Positions 13,583 through 24,953 of a stretch of 64,000 nt of DNA are shown piece by piece. A program made the translations under genes and the position numbers. Location of the stretch: assembly GCA_016748015.1 (NCBI GenBank), contig JAAOMT010000518.1, forward strand, positions 186,001-250,000. The letters are read 5' to 3'. The notes under the pieces are model-generated. The model saw only the letters and a program-made list of their open reading frames with translations, did no database searches and had not been told where the DNA came from. The first letter of the stretch is position 1; each line of letters begins with the position of its first letter. Origin of the DNA: Geosiphon pyriformis uo1 (taxonomy: Eukaryota; Fungi; Glomeromycota).

Positions 13583-15368
13583 TGAGTAAGAAGTATAGAC
13601 ACTGAACGCACACCAATACTATTCACTTTGGCCGAAAAACCCAGAATTGTTTCCATTAGACACTTCATGCTGTTTTCCAGCTTAGACACTAAAGACATAT
13701 CGAAAGACACTGCTTCCACAACATTCCCACCACCAGTGAATGCACCCGAACCCTTACTCATCACTATATCCACCCCTTGATCCTGTGATAAAGGGGTCAC
13801 CAACAGCTGACATCCAGAGCTAGGCTGGGGAACCGTTGGTCCGAGTGTATCCAACCTCATAGCCAGCTTACTAACTTGCTCTGCGAGGCTGGCGAGACTA
13901 TGCTCAAGAGCAGCAAATCTATTGTCGACTTCCATCGTAACTGGTAGGGCTTCATCTCCGAAGAGGTGCCGTTATTAACCAAAACATTCCGACTAGAGAG
14001 GGAGAGCGAAAAAGACCCGTGAGCAACCTTTGCCCAAGAGAGACCACCAAAAGAGACCGGACAGACAACTGAAGCCGAGCATTTGGCATAGATAGTTGCC
14101 AGTCTGCTTTTATCTGTATTCAAGAAAACCCTATGCAGCAAATTACCAGAAAGAAATTTCCCACCAACTACACAATCCAATAACGTGTGACCCAATTTCT
14201 CACACTTGGCGCATTTAGCAGAAATGAGACGAGACCAGCAGAGATTGGTGTTCCTAAGTACTGGCATGGTTCTCATAGCAGCATCCAATAATTCAGCAGA
14301 GTCAAAGCAAACAACAGCACACCTGGCCCGAGCATACATAACAGAATGACGATCAATGATGCATGTTTTCTCACTCACAGATCTAACAAAGTCCCAAATA
14401 TCATGCATGTTAGTTTCCATTAGTAATGTGTAGAGCAGCGCCCTATGTTGGTTCCTTGCATCCCATGCTTTCTTGTCTGAATTAGCCCTAGCCACACATA
14501 TAGCATCTTTCTTGATTAGAATAGACCACTTAGCTGTGACCAAATCAGCCTGATCTGATTGCTTGAATTCCACTACCACCTTCTACCACAGCCTGATTAA
14601 TTGCATCTTGATTGCCCTAATAACTCCAAACTCGGATAGCGCAGCGCACACAGCCTTAGCCGATGTTCCAATTGGAATTTCTTTAATGACCACAGCCCAA
14701 TCTGACCGCCCAGAAGATTTTTTAAGATCGGTGTTTATTAGAATCTTTACACTCGCAGTCTTATCAGTAGCTTTCATTAGACTTAATTTGGAAGTGAATG
14801 TCACTTTAATAATTCTTGAGAATTTTGAGGAGATAGACGCCTCTTCAAAACCATTAATTCCAGAAAATAATTTCCTCACCACCACAAGCTTTTCCTAAGA
14901 AGATTTGCCAGCCACCTTATCCAAGCCAATATCCAATGCAAATGACTTTCTGACTGGAATATTGACCAAATTTTTCATAAGAGGAGGGAGTTTAAGAGGA
15001 GCATCCGAAAGAACACCATCATCATCACTATTTCTTGAGAAATTAATCTTTCCCAATGGCTTGCCCAATGCCTTTTTGGCTTTAACTTTTGAACTCGTGA
15101 GTGTCTGATCATAATCTCCACCAGCCAGAGCACCACCTTCACCATAATCAAAGCTGGTCTCCTCTACCAGACACTTCTCTTCCATATCAATACTCTCAGA
15201 CTTAGTAGTATCCCCAGTCTCTGAACTCCATGAACAAACACCAGAAACTTCAGCAACAACTCCTCTATTATTGACACCCTCTGCCAACACATCTCCCTTC
15301 TTCTTTTTCCTTGATACAACCATCTTAAAACCACTCTCAGAACCAGAAATCTTAACAGTTTTTTTCAT
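13579..15368 (-). pseudogene. LINE ORF1 (gag-like, CCHC zinc knuckle), disrupted
   Basis: ORF fragments 14895..15368, 14583..14885, 13857..14579 and 13579..13935. CAKCEKLGHTLLDC = CX2CX4HX4C; coiled-coil C-terminus. Confidence 0.85.
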
Positions 15369-16839
15369 AACAGCAATAACAGAGCCAACAGTGGTCTCAT
15401 AATCAAAAAACGGTTTTGATTTATCATACTGAATGGTAAAAAAACTTCTTTCGAAAAAACTTTAAACTCTTTTTTGGGATTTTTGGATGAAAGAGAAAAA
15501 AAAATTTTTTTTTTTTCTGCTTAATTAAAAAAAAATTATTATTTTAAAAAATACTTTTAAAACCAAATTAGTCAATTTTTTTTAAATATATTGTCTTTAA
15601 AATTAATAATTTGATTTTTTAAGTTGGTATTTATATTTGTTTTATTTCTTATTTTTTTAATTTTTATTATTATTAATACTTTATTATTAAGATTTTTAAT
15701 TTTTTGAAAGTGTTAAATCTTATTGTTTTAAAATTAATACTTTATATAAATATTATATTTAATAAAAAACTTTTAAATATTAGAGTTTAAATTATTTTTT
15801 TGTAAATTGTAAAATATTTTTATTTTTTTATTTTAAGATTTTTTTTAAGTTTACTAATAGTTTTAAAAATATTGATTTATCTTTTATTAATTTAAAATTA
15901 TATGTTAAAGTTACTGTTTTTCTGGTTTTTTTATTGTTGTATCTTTGGTTTTATTTGTTATTATATCTGTTATTAATTTTGCAATTGGTTTTAAACTGAA
16001 TTTTTCAAAATTCCAGATCTTAAATTTGGTTGTATTAATTAAATTTGTTGTTAAACTAATTAATTTTTTGGTTATTTTAGTTACTTCTCTTTTAGTTAAG
16101 AATATGTGTAAAAATTTTAAAGTAAAAAAGAATTAAATTATTAAAATAAATGCTTTTAAGAACTTTGCTAGTCTTTTAATTGATATGTTTAAAAACTTTG
16201 CTAGTCTTAAAACTAAGCTAAAATTTAATAATAACATAGATAAAAATAAAATTGATGTTGCTAAAACATTTTTTTGAATGAAAATACTTTTGAATATTTG
16301 GTTATTTTGTAATAAATGTGTAGTTTTAATATTAAAAATAGTATTAAAAAAACTAGACTGTTTTTTAATAAGTTTTTTTTTGATAGTTAAAATTTGAATG
16401 GTATTATAGAGAGACTTAGTAAATTAAATTTACTTTTAGCCTCTTTTAATTTAGCTTAATTAGTGCTTTGACTGATTTGAATGGTTAGTTACATGGGAAA
16501 AATGTGTAAAACACGTTTAATTTAAGATTCTTGGTAAATCATATTGTATTAAATAGTGTTTAAGCACACTTTGTTGAAAATTGAATAAATTCCAATGTAA
16601 ACTATTTAATAATATTGGCAAAAAATTACAAAAACCAAAATAAATCTCTTATTTAAAAATATTATTAATGTTTAATTAGCAAAATTATAACTTTAAATAT
16701 AATGATATATTTAGCAAATAATAACATTAATAATATTGTTTTTTTAAGCAATATTTTTTAAAAATATGTAAATTCTACAATCGAATATTCTAACAATAGG
16801 AAAAAACGCTTTAATAATCATTGTTTAAAAATATTACTT

Positions 16840-17265
16840 TCAATTGAGTTAAATAATTTGTCTTTTTAATGTATCACTAGTTTTGCTATTTGGTTAGCTT
16901 CATTTCTCAAGAAAGGAATCTTACCTGAACAACAGATACTAACAACCTTACTTTACCGAGTTTTGGTTTATCAAAGGGTTTTATTATGTTTCTGTCGACT
17001 CACTAAAGTCTGATATTTTTTTGATTAAAAAGTAGTTATCAATATTATTAAAATAATATTGTAACCAGAGTAGAATTGTTTAAATTATTTTTCCTAAACT
17101 ATAACATGGTTAGTTACCAAGTCCTTTTTGTAGAATGTTATATTGGGTTGTCAAAGTAAAATAGTGAGGAAAAAATCGCCGGAAAAATAGGTATTTTACT
17201 AAGATAGTGAGAAATTCGAGGCTTTTGTTATTCAAGGAGGAAAATCAAAAGGGAAAATTTTGAGG
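16840..17265. repeat. Dispersed non-coding repeat (MITE-like, imperfect TIRs), copy 1
   Basis: Near-identical blocks shared with 52760-53425 (TTCTCAAGAAAGGAATCTTAC; TAGTTACCAAGTCCTTTTTGTAGAATGTTATATT; TTTTACTAAGAT..TGAGAAATTCGAGG). Confidence 0.7.
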
Positions 17266-18000
17266 TATAGTAATTTTCTTGAAGTTAATTTCTGGGTAAA
17301 GAATTGTTTGGAGTATTTCACAAGAATATTTCTTCAAAGTGATTGTGTGTATTTAAAAGGTAAATATCGAGTTTGATTGTTTGTTTGGTTGTCTAAACAA
17401 GGTACTTCCAAAAAGAAGGCTGGTCATTTATAGAATCAACATGGGTTTGAGGATGAGTATGAAAGTGGAAAATAGTGGTAATTGTAAGGGATTCCCTCTT
17501 AATTATGACCAAGTTGTTAAATCAAGGAGTGTGTTTTAGGCAAATAAAAACCAGAGTTTGAGTAAATAAAATTAGGAAGTCGTGTTTTAGAGAAAATGTG
17601 GAGTTAAAGCAGGAGAAGGAGCAGGATAGGAGGATAGGAGGATATGAAATAACTCTTGTTGATCTTTTATGTGCTTTAAAGGAGGGGAATAGGTTTGGCT
17701 CAACCAGTCCCATTAAATGCGATCACGAATATGGTAGTTGAAAGGGAGAAGCTTCCAAGGCTAGAGGGAAAATAAATCCCTAATTGAATCAGAAGTGGAA
17801 GGAGTAATAGGATTAACGGACCGAAATTATCAAGTTTGAAAGGATGATATTATATAGCGATTAAAATAAATTATTTTAAAACGACAAAATTTCTGATAAG
17901 ATTATCCAGGAGGTTGGAAATTAAAAGAATTTACAAAGATTGGATTTAGTCAGAAATAAGGTGAAATGCAAGAATAGTTCTCTGGGCAGATAAATAATCA

Positions 18001-20336
18001 CTAGTTGTGAATATTGAGCTCCGTAACATTCAGACCTGTAGCATTATTGGGATCTTCCTTGGGAATGTCGTCGTTATGTTTTATGGTCTTTACCATAAAA
18101 TCTAAGAATCGTTTACCGTACAAATTGGGATTCACAGCCGATATGTTATTCTAAAGTTTTTGAATATTTTACCCAAAGATGAATGAGAAATATGTAAAAA
18201 TAACAAGTAGAAGCAATTTTTAAACTCACCTTGTCGTTATTTAAAGATTTCCAAGCATGTTCAACCTTTTTGGCAGTGTTGTATGGAGTCAAAATATCTA
18301 TTATTCCCAAGTAATATATCTCATTTGTGGAATGATTTTGTTCGTCAGTCGCCGCAAAACCCCCATCATCTGTGTAGAATATACAGTTGCGACGTCGACT
18401 ATTAATAGCAAAACCATATATTTCAAGAAGGAATTAATATACTAGACTAACAAAGACTCTCGGATAACCTTGCAGATACTTTACTCAGAGAATGAATCGA
18501 GCGTAAGCTTTGTCGAAGAAGGATCTAATTTAAGAGGATCAGTGGCGACGACAGCTTTTCGAAGAGCAGAGACTTTACTCTCTCTTTTATTATGTGATGG
18601 TGCTCGCTCCAGTTTTTTGGTATCAGGCTAAGTTTTGAAATATTGAGAAATTTAGAAAACATGTAATTGAGTAAAATTCCCAATTTGTAAACCAAAATCG
18701 ATAACATACCTCAAAAACAGTCAAAATGCCCTCCCGAATATTTTCTTTATTGCCACGAGAGGTATCATGTAACCCAACCAAAAGGCTATAATCCATGATA
18801 TTTAGACGTTGAAGCAGCTAAGGAAGGGAATTTTGCTTAATAATTAAGGCCAGAAGGAATATTATCTGAGAAGGCATTAATTAATCTTACCACGACGTCT
18901 ATTTCAAGTTGGTCGACAAAGAGTTTCCGCTTTTCAGGACCTAGTTCTAAATGGCGATTTCTGTTTTTCCAATTGAGATCTTTTAAAACAGCGCGAGGGT
19001 TCGTCTTTGCAAGTTCCTCATTAAGCTCCCGTCCAACGGTGGAGCCCTTTAAAAAAGCCCATTATAATTAGCATATATGGAAGGATGCAGTGAAAAAAAA
19101 ACAAAGGGGTTCTTTACCTTTAAATCATAGATTTCGTGAATATCTCGATGGGGAGGAAATATATTATTCATGACGACAAAATGAATTTTACTACCACGAG
19201 GCAATTTCACTCGATGAAGACCGTAAAAGCGCGATAATAGGGTATTAGGATTGCGCTTTATATGCTACCATATTAAATACAAAGTTAAGTGATGAAACTC
19301 ATAGAATGCACTTATAAAAATTTCATTCAAAAATACCTCGTGATATTTTTTCAAAATCTTGCGTAGAAATTTATGTTCGGTATGATGTATCGTCTTGATA
19401 ATGAATCTATAATCCCGAGAGAAATAGAAAAAACTTCCACTCTTTCCAGGCGAGTTCAATTCAGACAAAATATATTTGCTAGTCAATGAAACCAGGTAGT
19501 CAGCAGGGTCAATCCGGAAATGATCACGAAGACTACGGAAAACCCATGGGGCATAATCCTTAAATTTGAAGTCATATTTGGCTGATGGTGTAAGTTCATT
19601 ACCGGTGCTAATAAAAATATAAGAGAAAAACTTGATTTTAGAAAAGGGTCCTTTTGGTCTTCCTCCTAATGGTTTTTCTCTTCAAAATAAATAATAATCC
19701 ATAAGATGAAGCAGAAGTAGATTTACATACATATCAAAGGCTAGTTTGTGAGCTGCTCTGTAATCATCATCAGTTAATTCCCGCGGGATTTTAGCACTAC
19801 ATCTTGAAACCTGTCAGAATAAGAAGAAAATTATTTTATTTGCAAATCACTTTATTAATCCTTTAATCAAAGATTCAAAAAAACACTTACGCCAACTCTG
19901 ATTCCTGTTAACATGTTATACATCAAAACATAGTTCACATGATCTTCCCCTATTCTAGTACCGATGAAGTTACCATCATCATCATCATCCTTTTCTTTGA
20001 TTTTCTTTTTTGACAAACGTCTCTTTTTGATAGTTTCAACCCATCTTTGTGCTTCCTCGTCTAATTCTCGTGGCTCCGTTAAGTCAGCACTGTATGTATT
20101 ACGCCGACCAAGTTTGTGCCGCTTTTTTCCAGGTAATTCAGTATCAGAAGGACTCGAGTAACCGGGTATATGGTTATTTTTCTTTCCTTTACCTGCAGTC
20201 GTTGCGGATCGTTGAGGAGGGATTTGAATTTGAGGTTCTGAAGGGATTGCTGATATACTATTCGGCCGTCTCTTTGGTGGTTCTGTATAACTTCGTGATG
20301 AATATGTTGGGAACATGAAAGAATCTTGTAAAATAC

Positions 20337-20378
<42 letters not shown>

Positions 20379-21106
20379 GATTATAATTATCATGGTCATT
20401 ATTGGGAGAATGATTTGATTCAGGAGATGTAGTGGTATGATCTGGCATCGAATCATTCACAATATTTGTGGGGAAAGTTACAGATTTTTTATCTTCAGGT
20501 GTCGCAGGTTGATCAGACATAACATTTGTTGTAATAATTTTTAGAGGTGTTCGTGGTGAAGTGTTGTTTGTAGTTATGGTTGTTGTGGTGGTGGCTGTTG
20601 TCGTTTGCCCATGAATTCCTGTAATTTCGTTGACAAGCACAGTCTGTGCTTGAACTGTGAACGTACTTTCAGAAGAAATATTGTCCATACTGGTAGTAGT
20701 TGTAGTTACTTGTTGCTGGGCGTTGAGATCACCAATATTTTGGGTGACAGTGACGATATTCCTTGGGGATGATAGCTTTGTAGAATCCGTATCATGAACA
20801 TTTGTAGGTGAGGTGGTTAAAGGTAACCCAGTGACGGCGGTCGTTGTTGTTTGGGTCATTGTGGCTGAGGGAATGCTCAATGGTTGAACGACGTTGCTAG
20901 GGGGTGAGTGTCGTCGTTCTGAAATCTGGAGTTTCTCGGCTTTTTTATCAACTGCAACTTCTGCGTTTTTTGCTATATTTTAAATAAGGAAGTTGATAAT
21001 AAAATTCTAATATTTCCTTAAAGGAAAAAAAAAAGAAATTTAACATACCAAACTTAGAAACCTTTTGTGGAGATTTGTGTTCGCTCACTACAGAAGCGAC
21101 CATCAT
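18001..21106 (-). CDS. MSS4: 1-phosphatidylinositol-4-phosphate 5-kinase (multi-exon)
   Basis: [111 protein letters not shown]; GT-AG introns; ATG 21106, TAG 18001. Confidence 0.93.
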
Positions 21107-22090
21107 TTTCACGACAAAAATTTGAAGAATAAAACTCTGACGACAATAAGATGTCGTAGAGAGTGTTCAAAGGTTTGATGAATTTATGAAAAATAAGGAC
21201 CTCAGTTGAAAAAGGAAGGTAAAGAAAGCTTTAGGTGATAAAGAGTTAGTTTATTAGCGATGACTACCCAAAAAGCTCGAAAAAAAGCTATAATATGTTT
21301 AAAGACGCGCAGCGGAAGCTTAAATAGAGCGATAAGAGGAAGCCAAACCTTTTTGTTTTGAATCTCAAAAAGGTTAAAAACTAAAATCGAAGTTATTAGT
21401 TAGTTGGAAGAAGGAAACTGAAGAGGTTGATCGAGGGTCAAAGGAAGAAGGGACAAATAAAAAACTAATAAGGAAAGCTATCGAAAATAGCATTTTTCTA
21501 GTAGAAATAAAGCAATTTATATGATGTCAGATGGCTCGCATCTTAACTGGCTGGGTTTTCCAAGAATAGTAGCGGTGTCTGACATTCATTTCCAAATATT
21601 ATTTGTTGCTGAAATGGTCAAATGTTCACCAATTATCGAAACATGTCGTAGAAGCTGGATGAACATCATAATAAAGCAAATTTCCAAATCTTGCAGACCT
21701 CCTAACAAGTGCATTTGACTATTATGTGGCTGGTGCTCGAGAAGAAAATTTTCGATAAAAGGAAAATCAGGTCGCTTTTTACCTTGGATGCTTTGGAACT
21801 TGAGTAGAAATCGACCTTAGAAATTTGAAGTTTTAATATAAGTCTATTGGTTATTTTAATTGTGTAGCCATGGGGGTAATTAAAAAAGTAAATATAAGTA
21901 GGTTCGAAAATAGAATTTTAAGATGTGTCGAATACGAAAATAACTTTAAAATTAAACCAATAAAAGCAATAAAAGCAATAAAAGCAATAAATAAATAAAT
22001 GAATGACTGATGAATGATGAATTATCTTACTTTGAATCATAATAATTACGTAAAATTAAAAGTAGAAATGATTAAACATGATATGTTTAT

Positions 22091-22203
<113 letters not shown>

Positions 22204-23069
22204 TAAAAATATGTTGGTTTTAAACAAATAATTGACCAACGCTAAATATCACTGTTTTATTTATTGCTTTTGCTAAAAAACAGATTTATTAATTTAAATT
22301 TCAAATTGTTTTTTTTTAATGTAATAATTAATTTTTTAGTTTAGCTCTTTGATAATTAGATATTTAATTCATGTTTATTTTTTATAAAATCTAATATTTT
22401 ATAAAGCTAACATTTTAACATATTCAAAAATATGAAAAATTAATATTTTTTACTTTAGAAATAAATACAATAAAAAGCATTTAAATATTTATTTTTTAAT
22501 ATTAAGAAGTTCTTAATTTAAAATAATTAAGTTAAAATAAATTTTAATTTTTCAAAACGATATAAGTAACACTTTTTATTAAATTAATTAATAAAAAATA
22601 AAAAACATAAAAAAGAATTTTAAAATATTTTGTGTTAAAATTGTCAAGAAAATTATTTTTTAAATTTATTATAAATAAAATTATTTTAATAATTAAAACA
22701 TAAAAATATTTTTAAATAAAGATTAAAAAAATAAAAAATTAAAAGTTATTATTTTGAAAAAATAACGGCAAAATAAAAATAAAAAATTATTTATCATAAT
22801 ATATTATTAAATTAAAATATTGGTTATTAAAAATATAGAAATTATAAATATATATTAGCCATATTTTAATGAATAGGTTTTTTTTTCATTGAACCAAAAA
22901 TATTAAACTTTCAAAATCTAATGGAATATTTATTTTATCTCGTTATGCTTAAGTAAGTATTTACATTTGTCATAAACTAAATATAAGTATTGATATTCAT
23001 ACCTTATGAAAGAATAAGTATAAAATTATTCACATTATTTGAATGTTTGGAATAAACAAAAGCAGGAAA

Positions 23070-23930
23070 TTAATGAGCATTCAGAACAGAAGGATAATGA
23101 TGTTAACGATGAAAATTATGAAGATGAGAAGGGGATCTTAGAAGTTTTCTGACTCTGTAATGTTTTTACCTTTTTAAGGGAACTGTGGTGTCGAATGGAT
23201 CAACATTGGTACAGTTTTATGCTTATTCTTGGATCATTCATTTTGATAATTAAGAAATGACATCTCTGTTTAATTTAATGGATTGGCAAGAGACAAAAAG
23301 TCGGCCGTTAGCCTTATCACCGCTCCATCCTTTTATGGTAAAGTCAATGTCAAGATTTGCCAAACTTGAACAACTTTTTACCGACCAAAGAACATCCAAT
23401 ACAATCATGAAAGATATTATAATGCGGAATGGATAGATTTGCTGGTGCGCAATATGTGCTTGTTTTACCAATTTTTAATTGCATATATTTTTATCAATTC
23501 TCTCATCTCCCATCCTATTCCACTTTTTTATTAATTTTAGGCTCAAATTATTCCGGAAATCTCATCTGGAAGACTGATATTTGCTTTTTCACTGTTGATC
23601 ATTGTCTACATATTCTTAGTAATATAGAGGTAGAACGGCTATGTATCATTTAAGTTTTTGGCCATCTTTTTTTTAACCTTTCGCAACAACATTAAGAAAA
23701 AACAGAAAAAAAATGAAAATAAAAGGAAAATCGTTCAAAGACTTGACGCAATCATCAAAAGTAATGATAACAACTATCAGTATGACGCAATCGAGGTTGT
23801 AAAAAGCTTTCAAGCTATAGCATCGACTAAATGGCTTGCTGAAAGTCTTAAGCTTGGGAAGGCTCCAACGCGTAGATTATAGAAATTTCTTAATAAAGCA
23901 ATTGTAAGTGGTTGGATTGCAGAACTCAGG
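23070..23930 (+). pseudogene. Degenerate gene of a Mucoromycota PD-(D/E)XK/REase-like hypothetical family
   Basis: RLDAIIKSNDNNYQYDAIEVVKSFQAIASTKWLAESLKLGKA followed by QL*VVGLQNS|gt; D...E.K spacing is reminiscent of REase-fold effector-type proteins. Intron-like GT/AG sites, stops and frameshifts. Family assignment is from memory. Confidence 0.4.
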
Positions 23931-24478
23931 TAGATCGGACAGAGAGCCACTGGATTACCAATATAACAACAAGATTGAATATTCTTGAATGCGTGCAATA
24001 AGGAGTCTCTGAATTCGGATTAATCACGTGAAATTCCTAGTGCTATCAGATCTCTTCAAGTTATTAACCAACTTTGGGTGAATGAAAGTGACCTGCATTT
24101 TTGTCTTATATGATGGTATAATAAAAATAATCTTAATTGCCTTTTCTTCAATTCAAAATTCTTGAATTTTTGAGATCATTAAAAGTCGATATACTTGCAA
24201 GATGAAAGAACAGTTTTTTGAAGAATTAATGGGGAGTTAATCAAAATACACCCCCTCATAATCTCGTCTTTAAATAGTCCTTCAAACCAGCATTGACACA
24301 TGGTCATCTCAAGGCTTAAAAAAAATATATTATTTTAAATTTATGCAAATTTTACAAATAAAAACTTTTTGTCAAATAAAATAATAATAAATCCGTGAAC
24401 TAGCTTACAAAATCAGAAAGAATTGAAAAACCCTCATATCTTTAGTTGCTAAATGGATAAAAGTTTCTTGGAATGCAT

Positions 24479-24512
<34 letters not shown>

Positions 24513-24953
24513 AATAATAATAATAATAATAATAAATTATCTGGTATAAAGAATGAGGAACAAGAAAAAGTTAATAATAATTTTAAGATTTTGTTTAATG
24601 GGACTGGAAGAATGAAGAAATTTTTAACTTTTTTGGTTTTTTTTCTTATAGAATTAAAGAATCAAGGTATATTATAAAGGTTTATTCAGTAAATGAATTT
24701 TCATATTTCGTCTAATAATCTAATATAAAATTATTGGATCGGGAACGTGATTATAGCAGAATTTCTAAATATCTGATTGGTCAGCTGTTTATTTGATTCA
24801 CTTTCAAATTATTTTCGCGTCTTCGAGCATTGTAGCTTCCACACACAAACATCATTTAACATAGCCTTCAAATTCCAATATCATTTCGGGACAAAAACAA
24901 ACTTTCTTTTCTCGTCCCACACTCGAGACTTTTCAGAAAGGAGTACAACCACC

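Larger units (their letters stand above)
8782..15500 (-). mobile_element. Near full-length, inactivated L1-like non-LTR retrotransposon (ORF1 gag-like; ORF2 APE-RT-RNase H-zf)
   Basis: Sharp GC step at both ends, poly(A) tail at 8782-8800 (T-run on +), possible A-run/TTTT target duplication at both ends, two frameshifted ORFs with the diagnostic domains listed in the next two features. Confidence 0.95.

Noticed and set aside
8878-15108. Numerous short plus-strand ORFs over the LINE
   Set aside because: Antisense shadows of the minus-strand LINE ORFs with no recognisable motifs.
1-16800. Centromere (Mucor-like AT core plus LINE)
   Set aside because: The AT richness is explained by eroded transposons; no centromere-specific evidence is available from sequence alone.
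24777-24953. 59-aa N-terminal extension of the kinesin ORF in the track
   Set aside because: Begins at TTG; the first ATG, in good context, is at 24954.
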